NCBI GenBank assembly: GCA_963708135.1
Contig: OY970192.1
Coordinates: forward strand, 4,864,001 to 4,928,000
Direction of reading: 5' to 3'
DNA: 64,000 nt
Origin: an uncultured Gemmatimonadales bacterium
GTDB taxonomy: Bacteria > Gemmatimonadota > Gemmatimonadetes > Longimicrobiales > RSA9
In this document: piece after piece, positions 18,925 through 27,364 of the stretch
Layout: each line of letters begins with the position of its first letter
How positions within the stretch are numbered: position 1 is the stretch's first letter
The notes under the pieces: model-generated
Told to the model about the DNA's origin: nothing
What the model saw: only the letters and a program-made list of their open reading frames with translations
Database searches by the model: none
Made by a program: the position numbers and the translations under genes

Positions 18925-21587
18925 CGGACGCGAGCCGCCTCGCCGCCGCCCTCTCCGACCGCTACCGCATCGAGCGCGAGCTCGGCGCGGGCGGCATGGC
19001 GACGGTGTATCTCGCGCGCGACCTGAGGCACGAGCGCGACGTCGCCCTCAAGGTGCTGCGTCCGGAGCTCGCCGCGATCATCGGCGCCGAGCGATTCCTG
19101 GCCGAGATCAGGACCACGGCCAACCTGCAGCACCCGCACATCCTGCCGCTCTTCGACTCGGGCGAGGCGGACTCGTTCCTGTTCTACGTGATGCCGTACG
19201 TGGCCGGGGAGTCGCTCCGGGACCGGCTGAATCGCGAGAAGCAGCTGCCCATCGCGGAGGCCCTGCGCATCGCCACGGGGGTGGCCTCCGCGCTGGACTA
19301 CGCCCACCGCAACGGCGTGGTCCACCGCGACATCAAGCCGGAGAACATCCTGCTCCACGACGGCCAGCCGCTGGTGGCCGACTTCGGCATCGCGCTGGCG
19401 CTGAGCAGCGCGGGCGGCACGCGCATGACGGAGACGGGCATGAGCGTGGGGACGCCCACGTACATGAGCCCCGAGCAGGCCATGGGCGAGCGGGACATCG
19501 ACGCGCGCGCCGACATCTACTCGCTGGGCTGCGTCGTCTACGAGATGCTGAGCGGGGACCCGCCGTTCACGGGCTCGACCGCGCAGGCCATCGCCGCGCG
19601 CGTGCTCACGGAGACGCCGCGGTCGCTGACAAAGCAGCGCCACACCATCCCGCCGCACGTCGAGGCGGCGGTGCTGACGGCGCTGGAGAAGCTGCCGGCG
19701 GACCGCTTCGCCACGGCGCAGGCCTTCGCCGACGCGCTCGAGGGCAAGGCGGGCGTGACGCCGGCCGCGGTGCGCGGGATGCGCCGCGCCGCGCCGGCCA
19801 GGGGCTGGCAGGCGAGGCTGCGCGATCCGGTGGTCTGGGCGCTGGCCGTCGCCGCCGTCGTCGCCTCGGGCGTGGCGTTCCTCCAGCGGACGGACAGCCG
19901 GAGCCTGGATGGCGGCAGCGTGGTGCGCTTCACCGTGAGCCTCCCCGCGGGCTACCGGCCGTCCCTGTCGAATACCAACGGGCCCGACCTGGACATCTCT
20001 CCGGATGGATCCACGGTGGTCTTCCCGGTGATCGACGCGCGCGGTGGCGATCGGCTGTACGTGCGACGCATGGACGAGGCGACGGCGCGCCCCCTTCCTG
20101 GGACCGACCGTGCGTATGTCCCGCGCTTTTCGGCGGATGGCGCCTCGGTCGAGTTCTTCGCGGCCGGCCGGTTCGAGAAGGTGGCGCTCAGTGGAGGCGC
20201 CCCCCTGGTCGTCACCGAAGTCGGCAGTCTGATCGTGGGAAGCACGTGGGCGCCGGATGGAGACATCTTCTTTGCCACTCCCGCCTCCCCCGTTCTCATG
20301 CGCGTTTCCGGCGCGGGCGGCCGGGCACGCGCAGCGGCCAGCCTGGACACGGCCAGGGGAGAAACGCTCCAACTCTTTCCCCGGGCACTGCCAGATGGGC
20401 GGCACGTGCTCTACCTCAGCTGGGGCCACGGGGGGACCGAAGACGCCCGCATCGGGCTCCTGAACCTGTCCACCGGGCGCACGCGCCGGCTCGACGTGGC
20501 CGGCACGTTCCCGCTGGGGATGCTGGACGGGAAGCTGATCTACGCCGACCAGACCGGCACCGTGCTGGCCGTACCGCTCGACATCGCGTCCGGAACCGTG
20601 AGCGGCCAGCCGGTCCCGCTGCTCACCGGGGTGGCGACCTCGGCCCGCGGCTCGGCCGTGGCCGCGCTCTCGCCGACGGGGACGCTGACGTACGACGGAG
20701 GCGGTCGGGACGCGACCCTCGAGCTGGCGAATGCGGCTGGCGCGACGCCGCTTCTCCCGGATGTCCGGGCCTACTCGACGCCGCGCTATTCCCCGGATGG
20801 GAAGACGGTGGCCGTCAGCGTCGCTTCCGGCACCTCGTCGGACATCTGGCTGGGAGACGTCGCATCGGGGAGCCTTACGCGACTCACCAGCGGCGCCGCA
20901 GTCAACGAGCGGCCCGAATGGTCTCCCGACGGGTCCCGGGTGATCTTCCGCACGGTCCACGGCGGACGTTCGGCCCTCTGGTGGCAGCCCGCCAATGGGA
21001 GCAGCCCCGCCTCACCGCTGCTCGCCGACAGCAACGCGGACTACTTCGAAGGGGTCATGACCCCGGATGGCCGCAGCCTGGTCTTCCAGGTGGACACGGG
21101 CCAGTCGGACATCATGGTCCGGAACCTCGAGGGACGCGGCCCGGACCGTCCTCTCGCCGCCACCCCGGCGCAGGAAGACCATCCGCGCGTCTCGCCGGAC
21201 GGCCGCTGGGTCGCGTACGTGAAGGACGACGGTAGTGGGCCGCAGGTGGTCGTCCAGTCCATATCGGGCGTTGGCGCTCGAGTCCAGGTTTCCGTGCGCG
21301 GAGGCGACGAGCCGGTCTGGTCACCGGACGGTCGCAGGATCTTCTACCGAAACGAAGGGAAGTTCATTGTCGCCGAGGTTGCGGCGACGCCGACCTTTCA
21401 CGTCGTCTCCCAGGCGGACTTCATGGACGACACCTACCTGCCTTCGCCAGTTCCGCACGCCAACTTCGACGTCTCACCGGACGGGAAGTCTCTGCTCGTG
21501 GTCAAGGGCGAGCCGGAGCAGTTCATGGTGGTCCACGACTGGGCTGCCGAGGTGAGGACGAAGCTCGCAGGGGCCGAGAAGCGCTGA
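18921..21587 (+). CDS. Ser/Thr kinase-TM-beta-propeller receptor (copy 9, 888 aa; divergent kinase subtype)
   Basis: HRDIKPEN, DFG, TGMSVGTPTYMSPEQ; TM VVWALAVAAVVASGVAFL. Confidence 0.95.
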   Translation: MTDASRLAAALSDRYRIERELGAGGMATVYLARDLRHERDVALKVLRPELAAIIGAERFLAEIRTTANLQHPHILPLFDSGEADSFLFYVMPYVAGESLRDRLNREKQLPIAEALRIATGVASALDYAHRNGVVHRDIKPENILLHDGQPLVADFGIALALSSAGGTRMTETGMSVGTPTYMSPEQAMGERDIDARADIYSLGCVVYEMLSGDPPFTGSTAQAIAARVLTETPRSLTKQRHTIPPHVEAAVLTALEKLPADRFATAQAFADALEGKAGVTPAAVRGMRRAAPARGWQARLRDPVVWALAVAAVVASGVAFLQRTDSRSLDGGSVVRFTVSLPAGYRPSLSNTNGPDLDISPDGSTVVFPVIDARGGDRLYVRRMDEATARPLPGTDRAYVPRFSADGASVEFFAAGRFEKVALSGGAPLVVTEVGSLIVGSTWAPDGDIFFATPASPVLMRVSGAGGRARAAASLDTARGETLQLFPRALPDGRHVLYLSWGHGGTEDARIGLLNLSTGRTRRLDVAGTFPLGMLDGKLIYADQTGTVLAVPLDIASGTVSGQPVPLLTGVATSARGSAVAALSPTGTLTYDGGGRDATLELANAAGATPLLPDVRAYSTPRYSPDGKTVAVSVASGTSSDIWLGDVASGSLTRLTSGAAVNERPEWSPDGSRVIFRTVHGGRSALWWQPANGSSPASPLLADSNADYFEGVMTPDGRSLVFQVDTGQSDIMVRNLEGRGPDRPLAATPAQEDHPRVSPDGRWVAYVKDDGSGPQVVVQSISGVGARVQVSVRGGDEPVWSPDGRRIFYRNEGKFIVAEVAATPTFHVVSQADFMDDTYLPSPVPHANFDVSPDGKSLLVVKGEPEQFMVVHDWAAEVRTKLAGAEKR

Positions 21588-21588
21588 G

Positions 21589-24258
21589 ATGATCCCCGAC
21601 CGCCTCGCCGCCGCCCTGGCCGACCGCTACCGCATCGAGCGCGAGCTCGGCGCGGGCGGCATGGCCACGGTCTACCTGGCCGAGGACCTCAGGCACGACC
21701 GCAAGGTGGCCATCAAGGTGCTCAAGCCCGAGCTGGCCGCCGTGCTCGGCGCCGAGCGCTTCGTGCAGGAGATCAAGACGACGGCGCAGCTGCAGCACCC
21801 GCACATTCTCCCCCTCTTCGACTCCGGCACCGCCGGCGGCTTCCTCTACTACGTCATGCCGTACCTCGAGGGCGAGACCGTTCGCGAGAAGCTCAACCGC
21901 GAGACGCAGCTCGGGGTGGCCGAGGCGGTGCGGATCACCACGGAGGTGGCGGACGCGCTCGATTACGCCCACCGCCACGGCGTGATCCACCGCGACATCA
22001 AGCCCGAGAACATCCTGCTGCACGACGGCCGGCCCATGGTCATGGACTTCGGCATCGCGCTGGCGGTCTCCGCCGCTGCGGGCGGGCGCATGACCGAGAC
22101 CGGGCTCTCACTCGGCACGCCGCATTACATGAGCCCGGAGCAGGCGACGGCGGACCGCGACATCACGGCGCGCTCCGACATCTACTCGCTGGCGAGCGTG
22201 CTGTACGAGATGCTCGCGGGCGAGCCGCCCCACATGGGCAACTCGGCGCAGCAGATCATCATGAAGATCGTGACGGAGGAGGCGGCGCCGGTCACGAGGC
22301 TGCGCAAGTCCGTGCCGCCGAACGTCGCGGCGGCGCTGTCGAAGGCGCTGGAGAAGCTCCCGGCCGATCGGTTCGACACCGCGAGGGAGTTCGGCGAGGC
22401 GCTCAAGGACCCGGCGTTCACTGGCCCGTCTGCCGCTCCCGCTGCCTCCGACAGGGTGCGGCGATCACCGGCGGTCACCTATCTCCTCATGGCCGCTTGC
22501 GTGGCGCTCGCAGCCCTCTCCGCCTGGTGCTGGCTCCGCTCGCGTCGCACGCCGGTAGCGTGGTTCATCATCGGCTTCCCCACGAATCAGGCGCCGAGCT
22601 ACTCGGCAGTCGGCACGCACGTGGCCCTCTCCCGTGACGGGGCGATGCTGGCGTACATCAGCGGGCCATCGGGCGACTCGAGGCTGTGGATCAAGCGACG
22701 CGATGCCCTGACGGCCGAGCCGATCCCCGGCACCGAGGGCGCGTACGATCCGTTCTTCTCGCCCGACGGGCGACAGCTCGGGTTCATCACCGATCGCAAC
22801 GGCCGCGCGATGAAGATCGTCAGTCTGGCCGGCGGTCCGCCCCACGCCGTCCCCGCCGCGGCGACCCGCGGGATGGGAACCGGCGGCGCCTGCTGGGCCA
22901 GCGACGGCTACATCTACTTCGACGCGGACCTCGGTGGGCTGCAGCGCGTGAAGCCCGACGGCACCGGCCTCGAGACCGTCGTGCCCCTCGATTCGGCGCG
23001 GAACGAGACGGGCGTCGCGTGGCCCGAAGTCCTGCCCGACAACAAGGTCGTGGTCTTCCGGCTCCGCCACGGCACCGACGCGCCGGGCGATTTTGCGATC
23101 GTCGCGCTTCGGATCGGCACGACGGAGCGCCGCGTCGTGGCGCGAGGCGTGAGCGCGCGTTACGCGTCCGGCCGGCTCCTCTGGGTCACCGCGGACGGCA
23201 CGCTGCAGGCGGCCCCGTTCGACGAACGGCACCTCGCGCTCACCGGTCCGGCGACCGGGGCCGGATATGGCGTGCGCGTCTATGGAGCCTATGCGGGCGC
23301 GGACCTCTCCATCACCGAGAGCGGGGATCTGTACTACGTCGCCGGAGCGGCGGGCGCCGCAACCACCCTCGACTGGGTCACGCGTGACGGCGTTACGCGG
23401 CCCGTGGATACGACGTGGAACGAGAGCAGCGAGATCCGGGGGCTCGCGCTCGCTCCGGACGGCAAGGAGGTGGCGCTCGATCTGGCCCGCCCGACGGGGA
23501 CCGACATCTGGATCAAGCACCTGCCCGCCGGCGCGCTCACGCGGCTGACGCTCGATTCCGCCGCGGACAGTCGGCCCCGGTGGTCCGGCGACGGGCGCGA
23601 CGTGCTCTTTCTCTCGGAGCGCGTGAAGCCGGCCGCGATCTTCCGGCGACGTGAAGACGGCACCGGCCATGCCGTCCTCGTCGCGCACGCGGACAGGAGC
23701 ATCACCGAGGCATCCGAGTCGCGGGATGGTCGCTGGCTCGTTGCGCGCACGTCGAGCTCGGAGCGGGGAAACGGCGACATTCTCGCGATGGAAGTCGGCC
23801 GGGATACGATGCTGCGACCGATCGTCGCGACCGCCGCGGCGGAGAGCAACCCGGATCTCTCGCCGGATGGCCGGTGGCTCCTGTACGTCTCCACCGCATC
23901 AGGACGACGCGAGGTGTACGTGCGTCCGTTCCCCGACGTGAACGGCGGCGTCTGGCAGATCTCCACCGAAGGCGGCGTGGAGCCGCGGTGGTCGCACGCC
24001 GGGAACGAGATCTTCTTCAGGGGCCTCGCCTCGCCCGACATGATGGCGGTCGACGTGCAGACGACGCCGGCGTTTCACGCGGGTGCGCCCCACGTGCTGT
24101 TTCACACGGACGCCGTAACCGGCCTGGACTACCCGCGCTACGACGTGGCACCCGACGATCGCCGCTTCCTCATGGTTGGACACGGCGGTGACACCGCCCC
24201 GCAACTGGTGCGCGTCGAGCACGTTCTCCAGGCTCTCGAGCGCAAGCCCGCACCGTGA
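21589..24258 (+). CDS. Ser/Thr kinase-TM-beta-propeller receptor (copy 10, 889 aa)
   Basis: All kinase motifs; TM VTYLLMAACVALAALSAWCWL. Confidence 0.95.
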   Translation: MIPDRLAAALADRYRIERELGAGGMATVYLAEDLRHDRKVAIKVLKPELAAVLGAERFVQEIKTTAQLQHPHILPLFDSGTAGGFLYYVMPYLEGETVREKLNRETQLGVAEAVRITTEVADALDYAHRHGVIHRDIKPENILLHDGRPMVMDFGIALAVSAAAGGRMTETGLSLGTPHYMSPEQATADRDITARSDIYSLASVLYEMLAGEPPHMGNSAQQIIMKIVTEEAAPVTRLRKSVPPNVAAALSKALEKLPADRFDTAREFGEALKDPAFTGPSAAPAASDRVRRSPAVTYLLMAACVALAALSAWCWLRSRRTPVAWFIIGFPTNQAPSYSAVGTHVALSRDGAMLAYISGPSGDSRLWIKRRDALTAEPIPGTEGAYDPFFSPDGRQLGFITDRNGRAMKIVSLAGGPPHAVPAAATRGMGTGGACWASDGYIYFDADLGGLQRVKPDGTGLETVVPLDSARNETGVAWPEVLPDNKVVVFRLRHGTDAPGDFAIVALRIGTTERRVVARGVSARYASGRLLWVTADGTLQAAPFDERHLALTGPATGAGYGVRVYGAYAGADLSITESGDLYYVAGAAGAATTLDWVTRDGVTRPVDTTWNESSEIRGLALAPDGKEVALDLARPTGTDIWIKHLPAGALTRLTLDSAADSRPRWSGDGRDVLFLSERVKPAAIFRRREDGTGHAVLVAHADRSITEASESRDGRWLVARTSSSERGNGDILAMEVGRDTMLRPIVATAAAESNPDLSPDGRWLLYVSTASGRREVYVRPFPDVNGGVWQISTEGGVEPRWSHAGNEIFFRGLASPDMMAVDVQTTPAFHAGAPHVLFHTDAVTGLDYPRYDVAPDDRRFLMVGHGGDTAPQLVRVEHVLQALERKPAP

Positions 24259-24355
24259 CCGACGCGTTCGTCCGCCTCGCCGCCGCCCTCGCCGACCGCT
24301 ATCGCATCGAGCGCGAGCTCGGCGCGGGCGGCGTGGCCACGGTCGCGACCTGGCC
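24255..24355 (+). pseudogene. Truncated kinase stub (copy 11)
   Basis: GTGA-coupled start, TDAFVRLAAALADRYRIERELGAGGVATV, then a frameshifted acctggcc; homology ends just before the vapC stop. Confidence 0.85.
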
Positions 24356-24361
24356 CTTTCC

Positions 24362-24757
24362 CTATTCCGCCAGCGCCAGCCCCGCCTCCACCAGGCGCTC
24401 GAAGTCGCCGCCGTCCGATGTGGCGAGCTCGGCGCCGGAGACGATCGCCGTGCCCCCGATGATGCAGTCCGGGAAGCTGCCCCGCCTGCGACCGGCGTGG
24501 TTGAAGAGACGCGCCGCCTCGGTCACCTCGGCCGTGCCGACCGGCACATGCATGGGGGCGATGCGGGCCGCGATGGCTTCATCCGCTTCGGCGAGGGGGC
24601 CACACAGGAACTCGCCCCAGACGAACGCCGAAATGGCAACCGGACGGCGCGCTCCAAGCCAGCCGCGGAGTCGCGCCGACTCCGCCGAGCCCGGAACGAG
24701 CGCGCGGATGAGAAAGCTGGTATCGAGATGAATGGCCCGCGCCGCCGGCGCGATCAC
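24362..24757 (-). CDS. vapC: PIN-domain toxin (VapC family)
   Basis: IHLDTSFLI, WGEF, FPDCIIGGTA, LATSDGGDF acidic PIN pattern; GTGA overlap with upstream antitoxin. Confidence 0.85.
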   Translation of the reverse strand: MIAPAARAIHLDTSFLIRALVPGSAESARLRGWLGARRPVAISAFVWGEFLCGPLAEADEAIAARIAPMHVPVGTAEVTEAARLFNHAGRRRGSFPDCIIGGTAIVSGAELATSDGGDFERLVEAGLALAE

Positions 24758-25020
24758 CGCCCGCCGGCCTGCCGCTCCGCCCGGATCTCGCGGATCCAGG
24801 CCTCGGCCTTCTCTTCCGTCAGCCCCAGTCGCGCCTGCAGCTCGTCCAGCGCGGCAATGGCGTTGGAGGCGGCGTCCGCCTCTTCGATGATCGCGGCCGT
24901 GTTCACGATGCGCCGCACGACCTCGGACTTGGACACGCCCCAGCGCTCGGCGAGCTCATCGAGTGCCGCCACCGTCTCGGGGTCGAGCGCGAAGGTGGTC
25001 CGTATCGTCATCCTGGCCAT
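24754..25020 (-). CDS. vapB: Ribbon-helix-helix (CopG-like) antitoxin
   Basis: MTIRTTFALDPETVAALDELAERWGVSKSEVVRR RHH signature; ~88 aa, directly upstream of the PIN gene. Confidence 0.8.
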   Translation of the reverse strand: MARMTIRTTFALDPETVAALDELAERWGVSKSEVVRRIVNTAAIIEEADAASNAIAALDELQARLGLTEEKAEAWIREIRAERQAGGR

Positions 25021-25025
25021 GCCGA

Positions 25026-25054
25026 AAGTTATGGCCATAACAACCCCTCCGCAA
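25026..25054 (-). promoter_or_regulatory. vapBC promoter with palindromic operator
   Basis: Minus strand TTGCGG-17-TAACTT, 5 nt before the ATG; perfect palindrome GTTATGGCCATAAC at 25028-25041. Confidence 0.65.
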
Positions 25055-25167
25055 GGAACGCGGTTCCGCCAGCGCAGAAGGATCGGGATACCGGCGGGGC
25101 GGGTCCATGGCGCAGTGGGACGGGACGAGCCGCCGGGCGGTAACATCAACCAAGTGGAGGACTGCAG

Positions 25168-27330
25168 ATGAGGAAGCGGATCGTGTGGACGGCGGGCCTA
25201 CCGGCCCAGGTGGCGCTGCTGACGGTGCCGGCAGCCATGCTGATCACCCTGACGGCCGCCGCGCCATTGACCGCGCAGCAGCATCCCAAGTCCCGGGCCG
25301 ATACGGCCGCCGCGGACACCGTCGTCGCCCCGCACACCGACTTCCGGCTCACCGATCTGCGCCGGCTCGTCCAGGTGGGGAGTCCCGAGATCAGCCCTGA
25401 CGGCAAGCGGATTGCCTACGTGGTCACGCGCCAGGACTGGAAGGACGACAAGGCGCGCCGCGAGCTCGACCTGGTGGACGTGGCCGACGGCGCCACGCGT
25501 CCCCTTACCTACCGGCGCGACGGCGTGGGCTCGCCGCGCTGGTCGCCCTCCGGCAGTCGGCTCGCCTTCGTGGCCCCGGACACAGCCACCAAGAAGGGGC
25601 AGATCTGGGTGCTCAGCATGGCCGGCGGCGACCCGGTCCGGCTCACCGACTCGAAGACCGGCATCTCGGCATACTCGTGGAGCCCGGACGGGCGCACCAT
25701 CGCCTACATCGCGCAGGACACGGTACCGGATCCCAAGGCCATCAAGCACCACGAGGACGCGTTCCAGATCACGCTGAACAACTACCAGATCCGCAAGGCC
25801 CCCCAGCCGTGGCACCTCTGGATCGTTCCGGCAGACGGCGGCAAGGCCAGGCGCCTGACCGCGGGGAGCTGGAGCCTCGAGACCGTCCCCGGCGGCGCGG
25901 CGCCGCCGGCGTGGAGCGCGGACGGGAAGTCGCTTGTCGTGGTGCGGCATCCGGGCGTATGGTTCGGAGACGCCTACCGTTCCACCCTCATCCGCGTGGA
26001 CACCGCCGCCGCCGCCGACTCCACGCCGGCCCTGGCCGTCGGCGCGCCCGACACTGCGGCTACGCGCGTTGGCACGACCGGCGACACCCTCTTCGCGGGC
26101 GAGGGCGCGGGCGATCCCCGCGTCGCACCGAAGGGCGCGGCCCTGGCCTTCCAGCGCGCCCGCGGCGGCGACATGAACAACGGGAACGCCGTCTATGTGG
26201 CGGAGGACGGCAAGGTGCGCGACGCAACCGCGGACATGGCACGCGACATCGGCGCCTTCGCCTGGCTCCCCGACGGCCGCTCGTTCCTGCTCACCGGCGC
26301 GCTCGGCGGCCGCTCGGTCCTGTGGCTGAAGCCGGAGGACGGCGCGGCCCGCGTGCTCGACCTGGGCGGCGTACAGCCGGCGGGCACGCCGAGCGTGGCC
26401 GAGAATGGCGCGGTGGCCTTCGTCGGCCGGGCGGCAGATCAGCCCGGGCAGCTGTACTACCTGGCGTCGCCTGACGCGAAGCCGAAGCAGCTCACGCACG
26501 TCAACGCGTTCCTCGACTCGATGCACCTGGCACGCGTCAACACCATCGCGTGGCGTGGGCCTGGCGGGTTCTCCGAGGACGGCGTGCTCAACTACCCGGC
26601 CGACTACGTGAAGGGGACGAGATTGCCGCTGGTGCTGGTCATCCACGGCGGGCCCGAGGGCGCCTCGACGGCGACGTTCTCGCCTCTTCCCCAGCTCCTG
26701 GCCGCGCACGGCTACCTTGTCTTCGAGCCCAACTACCGGGGAAGCATCAACCTGGGCGACGGCTATCAGCACGCCATCTACCGCAACACCGGCCAGGGTC
26801 CGGGCGAGGACGTCATGGCCGGGCTGGCCGCGGTCGAGAGGCTGGGCGTGGTGGACACCAGCCGCATCGCCGTCTCGGGCTGGTCCTACGGCGGCTACAT
26901 GACCACGTGGCTGACCGGCCACTACCATCCGTGGAAGGCGGCCGTGGCCGGCGCCGCGCTCACCGACTGGGTCATGGACTACACCATCGCCTTCTACCAG
27001 AAGGGCGACCTGTACTTCTTCGGCGGCTCGCCGTGGGCGAAGGAGTACTGGGACATCTGGCGCGAGCAGTCGCCCATCCAGTACGCGCGCAACGTGACCG
27101 CGCCCACCCTCGTCATGGGCGACGTCGGCGATCCCAACGTTCCCATCGTCAACAACCTCGAGTGGTACCACGCACTTCGCGACAACGGCGTCGAGACCGA
27201 GTTCTGGGCGTACCCCGCCGACTCCCATTTCCCCGGCGACATTGTGCGCCAGACCGATGTCTACCGCCGCTGGATCGACTGGATGGACCGACACCTGAAG
27301 GAACCGGTGAAGGCGGCACCGAAGCCGTGA
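25168..27330 (+). CDS. S9 family (prolyl oligopeptidase/acylaminoacyl peptidase-like) exported serine peptidase
   Basis: Signal-peptide-like N-terminus, propeller repeats, IHGGP, NYRGS, GWSYGG nucleophile, D(PNVP) and H(FP); RBS GGAGG. Confidence 0.92.
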   Translation: MRKRIVWTAGLPAQVALLTVPAAMLITLTAAAPLTAQQHPKSRADTAAADTVVAPHTDFRLTDLRRLVQVGSPEISPDGKRIAYVVTRQDWKDDKARRELDLVDVADGATRPLTYRRDGVGSPRWSPSGSRLAFVAPDTATKKGQIWVLSMAGGDPVRLTDSKTGISAYSWSPDGRTIAYIAQDTVPDPKAIKHHEDAFQITLNNYQIRKAPQPWHLWIVPADGGKARRLTAGSWSLETVPGGAAPPAWSADGKSLVVVRHPGVWFGDAYRSTLIRVDTAAAADSTPALAVGAPDTAATRVGTTGDTLFAGEGAGDPRVAPKGAALAFQRARGGDMNNGNAVYVAEDGKVRDATADMARDIGAFAWLPDGRSFLLTGALGGRSVLWLKPEDGAARVLDLGGVQPAGTPSVAENGAVAFVGRAADQPGQLYYLASPDAKPKQLTHVNAFLDSMHLARVNTIAWRGPGGFSEDGVLNYPADYVKGTRLPLVLVIHGGPEGASTATFSPLPQLLAAHGYLVFEPNYRGSINLGDGYQHAIYRNTGQGPGEDVMAGLAAVERLGVVDTSRIAVSGWSYGGYMTTWLTGHYHPWKAAVAGAALTDWVMDYTIAFYQKGDLYFFGGSPWAKEYWDIWREQSPIQYARNVTAPTLVMGDVGDPNVPIVNNLEWYHALRDNGVETEFWAYPADSHFPGDIVRQTDVYRRWIDWMDRHLKEPVKAAPKP

Positions 27331-27364
27331 GCTTCGATGCCGAGGTCTGTCGCAGGAGGAGGCG

